Part shown: positions 8,851 to 19,377 of the stretch, in pieces
Position numbering within the stretch: the first letter of the stretch is position 1
Layout: each line of letters opens with the position of its first letter
The notes under the pieces: generated by a model
What the model was told of the DNA's origin: nothing
Seen by the model: only the letters and a program-made list of their open reading frames with translations
Databases searched by the model: none
Assembly: GCA_019119535.1 (NCBI GenBank)
Contig: DWWV01000023.1
Coordinates: 4,655 to 68,654, forward strand
Length of the DNA stretch: 64,000 nt
From: Candidatus Blautia merdigallinarum
GTDB lineage: Bacteria; Bacillota; Clostridia; Lachnospirales; Lachnospiraceae
Reading direction: 5' to 3'
Program-made: the position numbers and the translations under genes

Positions 8851-10230
8851 ATGAAGACACCACGTTTTCTGCTGACTGCAGGAGCCAGCGGCAGCGGTAA
8901 AACCCTTCTTACCTGCGGGATTCTTCAGGCCTTGAAAAACAGGGGCTTAAATCCGGCCTCTTTTAAGTGCGGACCAGATTATATTGATCCCATGTTCCAC
9001 ACAAAGGTTATCGGAACAAAGTCCAGAAATCTGGATACGTTTTTCACCGGAGAAGATACTCTGAGATATCTTCTGGAAAAGAACAGCCGGGACTGTGACA
9101 TTGCTGTGATGGAAGGGGTCATGGGATATTATGACGGCGTAGGCGGGACCACCTGCCGGGCCAGCGCCTATGATCTGGCAAGGATCACGAAGACTCCTGC
9201 AGTGCTGATCGTCAACAGCAAAGGCATGAGCCTTTCCATTCTGGCATATATCAAAGGATTCTGTGAATATAAAAAAGACAGCGGGATCCAGGGGATAATC
9301 TTAAATCAGATGTCCCCCATGCTGTATCCCAGGATGAAAAAGCAGATAGAAGAAGAGCTGGGGCTGAAGGTTTACGGATATGTCCCTAAAGTGGAGGAAT
9401 GTACCATTGAAAGCCGGCATTTAGGCCTGGTGCTGCCAGGGGAGATACAGGATCTGAAGGAAAAGCTGAACCGGCTGGCAAAAGTTCTGGAGGAGACTCT
9501 GGACTTGGATGGACTTCTGAAACTGGCGGATACAGCGCCGGCCCTGGAAGCTGCAAAACCAGCCCTCCCTGAAATCTGTGAGAAGTCATCTGTTCGGATC
9601 GGCCTGGCAAGGGACGAGGCTTTTTGCTTTATTTATGAGGACAATTTAGAACTGCTGCGTGAGCTTGGGGCTGAACTGTTAGAGTTCTCTCCCATACATG
9701 ATCAGGAGCTGCCAGAGAACCTGGACGGTCTTCTTCTGTATGGCGGGTATCCGGAGCTTTATGCAGAGGAACTTGAGAAAAATATAAATATGCGCAGCCA
9801 GATAAAGGATGCGTTGGAAAAGGGCCTTCCGGTCATGGCGGAGTGCGGGGGTTTTATGTATCTCCACCAGACCTTCCAGGATATGGAGGGAAAAGACCGG
9901 GAAGGGGTAGGAATCATAGAGGGCAAAGCTTATAAGACCCCCAGACTTTCCAGATTCGGCTATCTGACTCTGGAGAAAAAAGAGGGAAAGGTTTTCGGAC
10001 AGGACACAGGTCCCTGTCCGGCTCATGAATTCCATTATTTTGATTCTACAAGCTGCGGGGAGGGTTTCCACGGACAGAAGCCGGAAAGCAGCCGGGGATG
10101 GGACTGTATCCATTGTACAGATTCCATGATCGCCGGATTTCCCCATTTCTATTACTGGGGGAATCCTAAATTTGCGGCAGCTTTTGTAGATAGATGCAGA
10201 AACTATGCGAAAGAGAGAAGGAGGCAGTAA
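8851..10230 (+). CDS. cbiA: Cobyrinate a,c-diamide synthase (CobB family)
   Basis: SGSGKT, FKCGPDYIDPMFH, ESRHLGLV, GGYPE, AECGGFMYL, HEFHY. Confidence 0.95.
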   Translation: MKTPRFLLTAGASGSGKTLLTCGILQALKNRGLNPASFKCGPDYIDPMFHTKVIGTKSRNLDTFFTGEDTLRYLLEKNSRDCDIAVMEGVMGYYDGVGGTTCRASAYDLARITKTPAVLIVNSKGMSLSILAYIKGFCEYKKDSGIQGIILNQMSPMLYPRMKKQIEEELGLKVYGYVPKVEECTIESRHLGLVLPGEIQDLKEKLNRLAKVLEETLDLDGLLKLADTAPALEAAKPALPEICEKSSVRIGLARDEAFCFIYEDNLELLRELGAELLEFSPIHDQELPENLDGLLLYGGYPELYAEELEKNINMRSQIKDALEKGLPVMAECGGFMYLHQTFQDMEGKDREGVGIIEGKAYKTPRLSRFGYLTLEKKEGKVFGQDTGPCPAHEFHYFDSTSCGEGFHGQKPESSRGWDCIHCTDSMIAGFPHFYYWGNPKFAAAFVDRCRNYAKERRRQ

Positions 10231-10232
10231 TT

Positions 10233-11282
10233 ATGAACTTACAGGAAGCAGTCAATGGAATCCAGCCTTTAGATGAAAAGGCTATGGAACAGGCAAGAGA
10301 GCATTGGGACAGTATCGCCCATCCTCTCCACAGTCTTGGAAAACTGGAGGATATGGTGGTACAGATTGCAGGAATCACCGGAGATCCCAGAGTACATACA
10401 GACAAAAGGGTTCTGGTCCCCATGTGCGCAGATAACGGAGTTGTAGAGGAAGGGGTTACCCAGACCGGCCAGGAGATCACAGCCCTGGTTGCAGAGAGCT
10501 TCCTTCAGACAAAGGCGGCTTCCAGTATTATGTGTAAAACTGTAAACTGCGATATTTTCCCTGTTGATGTGGGAGTGGCTACAGAGGTTAGTATTCTCAA
10601 CAGGAAAATTGCCTACGGTACAAAGAACATGGCTAAGGAACCAGCCATGACCAGAGAACAGGCTATCCAGGCTGTGGAGACAGGTATTGAGGTAGCCTGT
10701 ATGATGAAGGAAAAAGGCTACCAGATCATGGCTACCGGAGAGATGGGAATTGGAAATACCACTACCAGCAGCGCTATTGCTTCTGTACTCCTGGATCTTC
10801 CGGTAGAGAAGATGACAGGCAGAGGGGCCGGGCTTTCTACAGAAGGACTTAACCGGAAAATACAGGTGATCAAAGAGGCCATTGCCCTTCATAAACCAGA
10901 TAAAGAAGATCCCATAGATGTTCTGGCAAAAGTCGGAGGCTTTGATATCGGCGGGATCGCAGGTCTGTTCCTGGGAGGCGCTGCTTGTCATATGCCTGTA
11001 GTCATTGACGGAGTGATCTCTGCCACCGGAGCGGTTCTGGCGGCTGCTTTATGTCCTCAGGCAAAAGATTACATGCTGGCTTCTCATGTATCCAAAGAGC
11101 CGGCAGGAGAATTGATCTTAAAAGCCCTGGGAAAAGAAGCGCCTCTTCACTGCGATATGTGCCTGGGAGAAGGAACCGGAGCTTTAAATCTCTTCCCTCT
11201 TCTGGATACCGGACTGGCCGTATATCACGGCATGAGCGATTTCGGAAACTTCGGCATGGAAGCATACCAGCACCTGGAATGA
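10233..11282 (+). CDS. cobT: Nicotinate-nucleotide--dimethylbenzimidazole phosphoribosyltransferase
   Basis: SLGKLE, CADNGVVEEGV, GEMGIGNTTTSSA, GRGAG, LGEGTGA. ATG 10233 follows GGAGG. Confidence 0.95.
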   Translation: MNLQEAVNGIQPLDEKAMEQAREHWDSIAHPLHSLGKLEDMVVQIAGITGDPRVHTDKRVLVPMCADNGVVEEGVTQTGQEITALVAESFLQTKAASSIMCKTVNCDIFPVDVGVATEVSILNRKIAYGTKNMAKEPAMTREQAIQAVETGIEVACMMKEKGYQIMATGEMGIGNTTTSSAIASVLLDLPVEKMTGRGAGLSTEGLNRKIQVIKEAIALHKPDKEDPIDVLAKVGGFDIGGIAGLFLGGAACHMPVVIDGVISATGAVLAAALCPQAKDYMLASHVSKEPAGELILKALGKEAPLHCDMCLGEGTGALNLFPLLDTGLAVYHGMSDFGNFGMEAYQHLE

Positions 11283-11371
11283 GAATGGGAATCCGGATTT
11301 GCGGGAGCGCCTGGCACGTAGCAATCCGGGGCTTTTATAAAAACACCCAAAGTACACAGGAGGTTTAGGAT

Positions 11372-11911
11372 ATGGTTACACTGATAACCGGAGGCAGCGG
11401 CAGCGGGAAGTCTGCCTATGCGGAGAGCGTCATTACCGGATTCGGGGAACATGAGCGGATCTATATCGCTACGATGTATCCTTTTGATGAAGAAAGCCAT
11501 GAGCGGATCCGCCGTCATCGGAAAATGAGAGCGGAAAAAAACTTCCAGACACTGGAATGTTATACAGGATTAAAAAATCTCCAGGTTCCTCCAGGCTCCT
11601 GTGTACTGCTGGAATGTATGTCTAACCTGGTGGCAAATGAAATGTACCAGGAACAGGGAGCGGGAGAAAATACAGTGGAGGAAATCTTAAAAGGGGTCCG
11701 CTCTCTGGCAGAGCAGGCTGGAGAGCTGGTAGTGGTGACCAATGAGATTTTTTCCGACGGAATCCAGTATTCACCGGAGACCAGACAGTATCAGGCCTAT
11801 CTGGGGCAGATCAATCAGGAGATCGCCAGGATGGCGGTCAATGTAACAGAGGTGGTTTATGGAATCCCCCTGTGTCATAAAAACGAGAGAAAAGAAGGAC
11901 AGAAAATATGA
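11372..11911 (+). CDS. cobU: Adenosylcobinamide kinase/guanylyltransferase family, paralogue 1
   Basis: P-loop GGSGSGKS, YIATM, RIRRHR, VVVTNE, EVVYGIP. Confidence 0.88.
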   Translation: MVTLITGGSGSGKSAYAESVITGFGEHERIYIATMYPFDEESHERIRRHRKMRAEKNFQTLECYTGLKNLQVPPGSCVLLECMSNLVANEMYQEQGAGENTVEEILKGVRSLAEQAGELVVVTNEIFSDGIQYSPETRQYQAYLGQINQEIARMAVNVTEVVYGIPLCHKNERKEGQKI

Positions 11912-12681
11912 AAACATGGTGGAACAGTTTTAAAATCGCCTTTTCTATGTATTCAAAAGTTCCAATGCCAAAAAGCGACTGGACAAAAGAAAACATGCGG
12001 TATGTTATGTGCCTTTTTCCCCTGATCGGAGTGATCATCGGAGCGGTTACCTGGCTGTGGGGATACTGGGGGCTTCAGATTACACAGAGTCATACTTTTT
12101 ATTCTATTGTGCTGGTGCTGATACCGGTGATCATCTCTGGAGGAATTCATCTGGACGGGCTTCTGGATACCTCAGACGCCCTTCACTCCTATCAGCCAAG
12201 AGAGCGGAAGCTGGAAATCCTTAAAGATTCCCATGCAGGGGCCTTTGCCATTATCACTGCAGTAATCTATTTTCTTTTTTATCTGGGAGTCTACAGTGAG
12301 ATGACTTTGAAGGCACTGCCGGTGGTATGTATTGGATTTGTTTTATCCAGGGCAATGGGAGGATTCTCCATCGCTGCTTTTCCTATGGCAAAAAATACAG
12401 GGCTGGCCGCTACCTTTTCCGACGGCGCCCAGAAAACATGCGTGAAGATTTTTTCTCTGGTTTACGTAGTAATCTGTGCAGTTCTTATGCTGGCTTATGA
12501 GCCGGTGATCGGAGGATGCGTCCTTATAGGAGCGGCCCTGGAATATCTGTATTATTATAAAATGTCCCAGAAAGAATTCGGCGGCATTACCGGAGATCTG
12601 GCAGGCTTTCATATGCAGGTCTGTGAGCTGGTGATCGCTTTTGGGGCAGTGATAGGAGAGAAATTATGCGGTTGGTTATAG
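11908..12681 (+). CDS. cobS: Adenosylcobinamide-GDP ribazoletransferase (cobalamin synthase)
   Basis: GGIHLDGLLDTSDA, LEILKDSHAGAF, FGGITGDLAG; multi-TM. Confidence 0.95.
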   Translation: MKTWWNSFKIAFSMYSKVPMPKSDWTKENMRYVMCLFPLIGVIIGAVTWLWGYWGLQITQSHTFYSIVLVLIPVIISGGIHLDGLLDTSDALHSYQPRERKLEILKDSHAGAFAIITAVIYFLFYLGVYSEMTLKALPVVCIGFVLSRAMGGFSIAAFPMAKNTGLAATFSDGAQKTCVKIFSLVYVVICAVLMLAYEPVIGGCVLIGAALEYLYYYKMSQKEFGGITGDLAGFHMQVCELVIAFGAVIGEKLCGWL

Positions 12682-13052
12682 GCGGAGCCTTTCAAGGAAA
12701 AAAAGACTATGTAAAACAAACCTTCCACCTGAAGGAAGAGGAGATGAAGGATGGGGCAATGGCCTCTTATGAGGATATTTTTCACTGTCCGTGTCTCTAT
12801 CATTTTCATGAATGGATCCGGAAAGAATTAGAGGAAAACTGGAATCTGGACAATCTGGAAGGAGAGCTTCTGGAGAAAAATCCAGAGATCATCCTGGTGT
12901 CCAATGAGCTGGGGTATGGGGTAGTCCCTATAGAGGCTTTTGACAGGAATTACCGGGAGACAACAGGAAGAGTCTGTACCAGGATCGCTCAGAAAAGCAG
13001 CCAGGTGATCCGGGTAGTCTGCGGAATTGGGACGGTGATCAAAGATGCTTAA
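12666..13052 (+). CDS. Short CobU-family paralogue 2
   Basis: 128 aa; IGGAFQGK, SNELGYGVVP, RETTGR, RVVCGIG. Confidence 0.8.
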   Translation: MRLVIGGAFQGKKDYVKQTFHLKEEEMKDGAMASYEDIFHCPCLYHFHEWIRKELEENWNLDNLEGELLEKNPEIILVSNELGYGVVPIEAFDRNYRETTGRVCTRIAQKSSQVIRVVCGIGTVIKDA

Positions 13053-13650
13053 GATTTATCTTATCCGCCACGGAAAGACCCAGGGCAATCTTTCCGGGAA
13101 ATATATCGGTTCCAGAACAGACGAACCTCTCTGCGAAGAAGGAATCCGGGAACTGAAAGGGAAAACCTATCCCCAGGCCCAGATTCTTTTTGTAAGCCCT
13201 ATGAAACGTTGTATCCAGACCGCAGAGCTTCTGTATCCCGGCCTGGAACAGAGAGAAATTCCTCTTTTGCAGGAATGTGATTTCGGTGATTTTGAGAACA
13301 AAAATTATAAAGAACTGTCGGGAAATCCAGACTATCAGGCCTGGATCGACAGCGGCGGCACCCTTCCCTTTCCGGGAGGAGAGGATTCTGAGGAATTTCG
13401 TTCCAGGTGCTGCAGAGGTTTTCTCCAGTGTGTGGAGACGGCCTTTTCCCTGGGGAGCCCTGAAACGGCTATTGTGGTTCACGGGGGTACGATCATGAGT
13501 ATTTTAAGCGCTTATGGCCGGCCTTCCCGGGATTATTTTGACTGGCAGATAAAAAACGGAGAATATTATGCACTGACTTTGGAGGAGGAATCCTGGAAAA
13601 AGGACAGAAGCGTACTCTCCGCTGAGAAAGGATTATGGACAGATGTTTAA
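13045..13650 (+). CDS. cobC: Histidine phosphatase, probable alpha-ribazole-5'-phosphate phosphatase
   Basis: LIRHGKT, SPMKRCIQTA, ECDFGDFE, VVHGGTI; cob operon context. Confidence 0.8.
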   Translation: MLKIYLIRHGKTQGNLSGKYIGSRTDEPLCEEGIRELKGKTYPQAQILFVSPMKRCIQTAELLYPGLEQREIPLLQECDFGDFENKNYKELSGNPDYQAWIDSGGTLPFPGGEDSEEFRSRCCRGFLQCVETAFSLGSPETAIVVHGGTIMSILSAYGRPSRDYFDWQIKNGEYYALTLEEESWKKDRSVLSAEKGLWTDV

Positions 13651-14623
13651 ATGGACACCACTGGCCCTGGTTCTGGGCTTTATCATAGATTTGCTTCTGG
13701 GAGATCCCCGGTGGCTGTACCACCCGGTACGGGTGATCGGCCTGGAGATCAGCTTTTTGGAAAAGAAGCTGAGAGGAATTTTTCCAAAAACACCAAAGGG
13801 GGAACGGCAGGCAGGACTTCTCATGGTAATTCTGCTGTGTATCCTGGGCTTTGCAATCCCGGCGGGAATCCTTTTCCTGGCCTATAAGATCCATACAGTG
13901 CTGGGAATCCTTCTGGAAACCTTTATGTGCTACCAGATGCTGGCGGCCAGATCTCTGAAGGAGGAAAGCATGAAGGTATACCGGGAGCTGAAAAAGGAAG
14001 ATCTGGAAGGCTCCAGATATGCAGTTTCCATGATCGTGGGCAGGGATACACAGAACCTTACCTTTGAAGGCGTGACCAAGGCAGCGGTGGAAACCGTGGC
14101 AGAGAACACCTCAGACGGAGAGATCGCTCCCCTGTTTTATATGGCCTTGGGAGGCCCTCCCCTTCTCTATCTGTATAAAACCGTGAATACCATGGATTCC
14201 ATGGTAGGATACAAAAATGACAAGTATCTGAACTTTGGCAGATACGGAGCCAAACTGGATGATATAGTAAATTATATTCCCGCCAGGCTCTCAGCTCTGC
14301 TGCTGATTGAGGCAGCCTTTCTGGCAGGAATGGACGGGAAAAATGCCTGGAAGATTTTTAAAAGGGACAGGTATAACCATGCAAGCCCTAATTCCGCCCA
14401 GACAGAGGCGGCTATGGCAGGAGCCCTGAATATACAGCTTGCAGGAAATGCGTATTATTTCGGAAAGCTGTATGAGAAGCCTACCCTGGGAGATCCCAAA
14501 AGGCCTGTGGAGTTTGAAGATATTCCCCGGGCTAACCGGCTTTTGTATATAAGCGCTTTATTAGGTACGGTGATCTTTGCAGGAATCCGGCTGGCAATAA
14601 TGGGAATCTTTTCCCTGGTTTAG
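13643..14623 (+). CDS. cbiB: Adenosylcobinamide-phosphate synthase
   Basis: GDPRWLYHPV, IVGRDT, ETVAENTSDG, YKTVNTMDSMVGYKN, HASPNS. Confidence 0.95.
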   Translation: MFKWTPLALVLGFIIDLLLGDPRWLYHPVRVIGLEISFLEKKLRGIFPKTPKGERQAGLLMVILLCILGFAIPAGILFLAYKIHTVLGILLETFMCYQMLAARSLKEESMKVYRELKKEDLEGSRYAVSMIVGRDTQNLTFEGVTKAAVETVAENTSDGEIAPLFYMALGGPPLLYLYKTVNTMDSMVGYKNDKYLNFGRYGAKLDDIVNYIPARLSALLLIEAAFLAGMDGKNAWKIFKRDRYNHASPNSAQTEAAMAGALNIQLAGNAYYFGKLYEKPTLGDPKRPVEFEDIPRANRLLYISALLGTVIFAGIRLAIMGIFSLV

Positions 14624-14633
14624 AGGTGAGATA

Positions 14634-15677
14634 ATGACAGAGATACACAAACATGGAGGAGATATTTACCGGCACAAAAATGTTCTGGATTTTTCTTCTA
14701 ACTGTAATCCTTACGGAACTCCCGATGGGGTAAAAAAAGCAGGGGCGGCGGCTATGGCTCAGGTCTGCCACTATCCGGATGTGGAGTGTGAAGAACTGCG
14801 CCGGGCTCTGGAAAAGGCAGAAGGCGTTCCTATGGAATCCATTATCTGCGGAAATGGAGCGGCGGATCTGATCTTTGGTCTGGTATTGGCAGTAAAACCC
14901 AGGAAAGCGCTCCTTCCTGCGCCCACCTTTGCAGAATATGAACAGGCTTTGAATGCCTGGGGATGCCAGACGGAATACTGTTTTCTTTCAGAAGAGAGTG
15001 GTTTTTGTCCTGGAGAGGAGTTTTTGGATGCTATTAAACAGGATACGGATATGGTGTTTTTCTGCAATCCAAACAACCCTACCGGAGTGGCCGCAGAACC
15101 GGAGTATTTGAAAAGACTGGCAGAACGATGCCGGCAGATGGGTGCCTTCCTGGTGCTGGACGAATGTTTTGAAGACTTTCTGGAGGAGCCGGAGAAATAT
15201 TCCATGAAAGGATATCTGAAAGAATATCCCCGGATGTTTCTGCTGAAGGCCTTTACAAAGAAATATGCCATGGCGGGAATCCGGCTGGGCTATGGCTTCT
15301 GCGGAAGCTCTGAGACTTTGGAACAGATGAAGGCTGTCATGCAGCCCTGGAATGTTTCTGTAGTGGCCCAGGAAGCAGGGATCGCCGCTCTGAAAGAAGA
15401 GACATATGTGAAAGAGTCTATGGTAAAAATCCGAAAGGAGAGGAAACGTCTTCTGGAGGGTATGGGAAGACTGGGATTTTTCACATTTGCCTCAGAGGCG
15501 AATTATATCTTTTTTAAAGGCCCTTGGGATCTTCAGGAAAAGTGCCTGGATAAAGGAATCTATATCCGGGACTGCAGCAATTACCGGGGATTGAGAAAAG
15601 GCTATTACCGGGTGGCTGTCCGGACAAAAGAAGAGAACCAGAAGCTTTTGGAAGTTCTGGAGCAGATTATAAAATAG
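14634..15677 (+). CDS. cobD: L-threonine-O-3-phosphate decarboxylase (PLP aminotransferase I/II fold)
   Basis: [44 protein letters not shown]. Confidence 0.88.
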   Translation: MTEIHKHGGDIYRHKNVLDFSSNCNPYGTPDGVKKAGAAAMAQVCHYPDVECEELRRALEKAEGVPMESIICGNGAADLIFGLVLAVKPRKALLPAPTFAEYEQALNAWGCQTEYCFLSEESGFCPGEEFLDAIKQDTDMVFFCNPNNPTGVAAEPEYLKRLAERCRQMGAFLVLDECFEDFLEEPEKYSMKGYLKEYPRMFLLKAFTKKYAMAGIRLGYGFCGSSETLEQMKAVMQPWNVSVVAQEAGIAALKEETYVKESMVKIRKERKRLLEGMGRLGFFTFASEANYIFFKGPWDLQEKCLDKGIYIRDCSNYRGLRKGYYRVAVRTKEENQKLLEVLEQIIK

Positions 15678-15696
15678 ACAAAAAGAGGGAAGGATT

Positions 15697-17205
15697 ATGG
15701 TAAAAGCAATTATGATACAGGGGACTATGTCCAATGCAGGAAAAAGCCTGCTGGCGGCAGGTCTTTGCAGGATTTTTAAACAGGATGGGTATAAGGTTGC
15801 CCCTTTTAAATCTCAGAATATGGCTCTGAATTCTTTTATCACCCAGGAGGGACTGGAAATGGGAAGAGCCCAGGTCATGCAGGCCGAGGCGGCAGGGATC
15901 AGCCCATCTGTATTGATGAACCCTATACTGCTGAAACCTACCAATGACGTAGGCAGCCAGGTGATCGTAAACGGAGAGGTCCTGGGGACTATGAGCGCCA
16001 GGGACTATTTTAAGTATAAAAAGCAGCTTGTGCCAAAAGTTATGGAAGCTTATGAAAAACTGGCTGAAGAATATGATATCATTGTCATAGAGGGAGCGGG
16101 AAGCCCTGCAGAGATCAATCTAAAGGAAGAAGATATTGTCAATATGGGTATGGCCAAAATGGCAAAGGCGCCGGTGCTCCTGGTGGGCGATATTGACCGT
16201 GGAGGGGTTTTTGCTCAGCTGATGGGAACCATTATGCTTTTGGAACCAGAAGAACAGAAGATGGTAAAGGGCATGATCATTAATAAATTCCGTGGCGATA
16301 AGACCATACTGGATCCCGGCGTAGAAATGCTGGAGGAGCGGACCCATATTCCAGTTGTGGGAGTGGCCCCCTATATGGAGCTGGAGGTAGAGGACGAGGA
16401 CAGCCTGACAGAACGGTTCTCCGGAAACCAGGAAGTAGGCCTTATCGATATCGCTGTGATCCGGGTGCCAAGAATCTCCAATTTTACAGATTTCAATGCT
16501 CTGGAGGTGATCCCAGGAGTTTCTCTCCGGTATGTGCGCCATGTCCAGGAACTGAAAAATCCAGATATGATCATTCTTCCCGGAACCAAGAATACCATGG
16601 AAGACCTGCTGTGGATGCGGCAGAATGGCCTGGAGGCAGCAGTGCTGAAGAAAGCTGCTGAGGGAAAGATTATTTTCGGCGTATGCGGAGGTTACCAGAT
16701 GCTGGGAGAGACTTTGTCAGACCCGGAGCACGTAGAGGCCGGAGGAGCGATCAAAGGCATGGGACTTCTGCCTATGGATACCGTGTTCAGAGAAGGAAAG
16801 ACCAGAACCCGTGTGGAAGGAACTTTTGGTCAGGTACAGGGGCCTCTCCATACACTGACAGGAGTGAACCTGGAAGGCTATGAGATCCATATGGGAGAGA
16901 CGAAACTGCAGGATAACGTCCACAGTTTTACCAGGATCACTGATACGGTAAAGAATGAAACCAAAGCAGACGGAGCTTTTTATAACAATGTATATGGCTC
17001 TTATGTACATGGCATTTTCGATAAAGAAGAAGTGGCCAAGAAAGTAGTAGAAGCCATAGGAGAAATCAAGGGGCTGGATGTTTCTTCTATGACAGGAGTG
17101 GATTTCGCAAGTTTTAAAGAAACGCAGTATGACCTGCTGGCTCGGGGCCTCAGGGAACACTTAGATATGAAAAAGATCTATCAGATCCTGGAAGAGGGAA
17201 TCTGA
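15697..17205 (+). CDS. cbiP: Cobyric acid synthase (CobQ family)
   Basis: [57 protein letters not shown]. Confidence 0.96.
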   Translation: MVKAIMIQGTMSNAGKSLLAAGLCRIFKQDGYKVAPFKSQNMALNSFITQEGLEMGRAQVMQAEAAGISPSVLMNPILLKPTNDVGSQVIVNGEVLGTMSARDYFKYKKQLVPKVMEAYEKLAEEYDIIVIEGAGSPAEINLKEEDIVNMGMAKMAKAPVLLVGDIDRGGVFAQLMGTIMLLEPEEQKMVKGMIINKFRGDKTILDPGVEMLEERTHIPVVGVAPYMELEVEDEDSLTERFSGNQEVGLIDIAVIRVPRISNFTDFNALEVIPGVSLRYVRHVQELKNPDMIILPGTKNTMEDLLWMRQNGLEAAVLKKAAEGKIIFGVCGGYQMLGETLSDPEHVEAGGAIKGMGLLPMDTVFREGKTRTRVEGTFGQVQGPLHTLTGVNLEGYEIHMGETKLQDNVHSFTRITDTVKNETKADGAFYNNVYGSYVHGIFDKEEVAKKVVEAIGEIKGLDVSSMTGVDFASFKETQYDLLARGLREHLDMKKIYQILEEGI

Positions 17206-17234
17206 CAGGAGCAGAAAAAACAGGAGATGGCAGT

Positions 17235-17885
17235 ATGAAAGTAGAACTGGAAAATGTAAAACCAAAAGAAATAGAGACCAGAAGCTTTGAGATCATTACC
17301 CAGGAGCTGGGAGATAAGAAGCTGATCCCGGGAACTGAACTGATCGTAAAGCGCTGTATCCATACCAGTGCAGATTTCGATTATGCAGACAATCTGTGCT
17401 TCTCAGAAGGGGCAGTGGAAAAAGCCATAGAAGCCATTAAAAAAGGTGCCTGTATCGTGACAGATACGCAGATGGCAAAAGCCGGGATCAATAAAAAGGC
17501 GCTGCAGAAATATGGCGGAGAGGTTTACTGCTTTATGTCCGATGAAGACGTGGCTGCTGCTGCAAAAGAACAGGGCTGTACCAGAGCAACTGCCTGCATC
17601 GATAAGGCGGCGGCCCTTGGAAAGCCGGTAATCTTTGCTATTGGAAATGCCCCTACGGCTCTGGTGCGTCTTTATGAGCTTATACAGGAGAAAAAACTTT
17701 CTCCATATTTGATCATAGGGGTTCCAGTAGGCTTTGTAAATGTGGTACAATCAAAAGAAATGATTATGGATACAGAGATTCCCTATATTGTAGCCCGTGG
17801 AAGAAAGGGCGGAAGCAATATTGCCGCCTGTATCTGTAACGCATTGCTTTACATGATTGATAATGAGCGAGATTACTGGAAGTAA
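17235..17885 (+). CDS. cbiC: Precorrin-8X methylmutase (CobH family)
   Basis: IETRSFEII, RCIHTSADF, AIGNAPTAL, GVPVGFVNV, RGRKGGSNIAA. Confidence 0.95.
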   Translation: MKVELENVKPKEIETRSFEIITQELGDKKLIPGTELIVKRCIHTSADFDYADNLCFSEGAVEKAIEAIKKGACIVTDTQMAKAGINKKALQKYGGEVYCFMSDEDVAAAAKEQGCTRATACIDKAAALGKPVIFAIGNAPTALVRLYELIQEKKLSPYLIIGVPVGFVNVVQSKEMIMDTEIPYIVARGRKGGSNIAACICNALLYMIDNERDYWK

Positions 17886-17906
17886 AATTGCCGGGAAGGA
17901 ATTTGT

Positions 17907-19274
17907 ATGAAGTGCGAAAGATGCGGAAAGGAACTTTCTGATATTGACTTATACTGCAGCAGATGCGGTAAGGCCGTTTTTCCAGAGTATATGGACGAGG
18001 AAGACATCTGGGCCTACTATAAGTCAGATGAAGAGCTGGAACAAATCTTAAAGGCAGAGAAAGAACAGGCTGGAGCTTCTCAGAAGAATGCTTCGGATGG
18101 AGAAACTTCGGAACCAGAAGAAAAAGAGAGAATTTCGGAACAGGAAGATTCTGAAGATGGGGTTTCTGAGATAAAGAGTGCTAAAGCAGAGGAATCTGAG
18201 TCTAAGGCTTTTGAACCAGAGGAGGCTGCGGCGAAGGATTCTGAGACAGAAAATATAGAGCAGGAAAATTCTGAAAGGGAAAATTCTGCCCTGAGTCCAG
18301 AGAATGGATTTTTGGAAGAGGATTTTCAGGCAGAAGACTCCGAAAGGGAGATTTCAGAAGAGGAGACTTCCCAAGAGGAAGTTTCTGGGGAAGATTTTCC
18401 CTCAGAAGAACTTACGGAAGAAGCAGGCCTGGAAGAACAAAGCTTTGTTCAGGAAATAGAGAGTCCGGAAGATAAAGTGTCTTCCTCAGATGAAGGAGAT
18501 CTGCCAGAGGAAACTCTGGAATCTCAAGAGACAATGGAGTTGGAATCAGGGTCTGACTTTGACGAGGAAGAGGACGAAGATGAGGATGAAGAAGAGGAAG
18601 AAGAGAAAGAACCGCTGACGCCGGAGAAGAAGAGAGCCAGACGATATACGGCTCTTCTGGCAGGGGTTTTTCTCCTTCTGTGTCTGGCAGCAGGTATCAT
18701 TCTGGGGATCCGCAGAATGAATCATCTGGAGACATTGGAAAGAGAGTATACTCAGAAACTGGAAGATAGAACCGAAACAGAGCCTACGGCTGCTGATACT
18801 GGAAATATCCGTCTCCTTTCAGAAGAAGCAGATCTTTCCCAGAATACAAAACTCCAGCCCGCATCTGCTCAGGCAGATTCCCAGAAACAGTCAGAGGAAG
18901 AAGACTATAGCGGAAGCCGTCTTATAGACGGAGATCCGGCAACTTCCTGGCAGGAAGGAGAAGAAGGCACCGGAGAGGGAAAAGGAGTTACCCTGACCCT
19001 GGACGGCAGTCATCAGATCCGTTATCTTGTTCTCTACCTTGGCAACTGGAAAAGTGACGAGCTGTGGAACTATAATGCCCGTCCCCAGTCCCTGGCTGTT
19101 CAGGTGGGAGAGGGAGAAGAGGAAGTCCTGGAATTTCCAGATGAGAAAAAAGTCTTTTACCTGGCACTTCAGGAACCGGTGGAGACTTCTGAGATAAAGA
19201 TACGGATACAGTCTTCTTATGAAGGTGAGAGATGGGAGGACAACTGTATCTCAGAAATAGAAGTTTATGAATGA
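17907..19274 (+). CDS. Membrane-anchored protein: N-terminal zinc ribbon, acidic low-complexity linker, one TM helix, C-terminal discoidin/F5-8 (NADase-type glycan-binding-like) domain
   Basis: CERC..CSRC; E/S/D-rich tract; hydrophobic ALLAGVFLLLCLAAGIILGI; RLIDGDPATSWQEG, NARP, CISEIEVY. Confidence 0.75.
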   Translation: MKCERCGKELSDIDLYCSRCGKAVFPEYMDEEDIWAYYKSDEELEQILKAEKEQAGASQKNASDGETSEPEEKERISEQEDSEDGVSEIKSAKAEESESKAFEPEEAAAKDSETENIEQENSERENSALSPENGFLEEDFQAEDSEREISEEETSQEEVSGEDFPSEELTEEAGLEEQSFVQEIESPEDKVSSSDEGDLPEETLESQETMELESGSDFDEEEDEDEDEEEEEEKEPLTPEKKRARRYTALLAGVFLLLCLAAGIILGIRRMNHLETLEREYTQKLEDRTETEPTAADTGNIRLLSEEADLSQNTKLQPASAQADSQKQSEEEDYSGSRLIDGDPATSWQEGEEGTGEGKGVTLTLDGSHQIRYLVLYLGNWKSDELWNYNARPQSLAVQVGEGEEEVLEFPDEKKVFYLALQEPVETSEIKIRIQSSYEGERWEDNCISEIEVYE

Positions 19275-19300
19275 TGCCCATTTTAAGGAATTGCTGTATA

Positions 19301-19370
19301 AAGAGCTGTCGCATGAAACCTATGGAGAATATTTATACCTGTGTTTTTATGCGGCAGCTCTTGGTATTTT
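19301..19370 (+). terminator. Long inverted repeat after the zinc-ribbon gene (probable terminator)
   Basis: AAGAGCTGTCGCATGAAAC (19301-19319) pairs with GTTTTTATGCGGCAGCTCTT (19343-19362); T-rich tail. Confidence 0.5.
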
Positions 19371-19377
19371 TCTGTGA

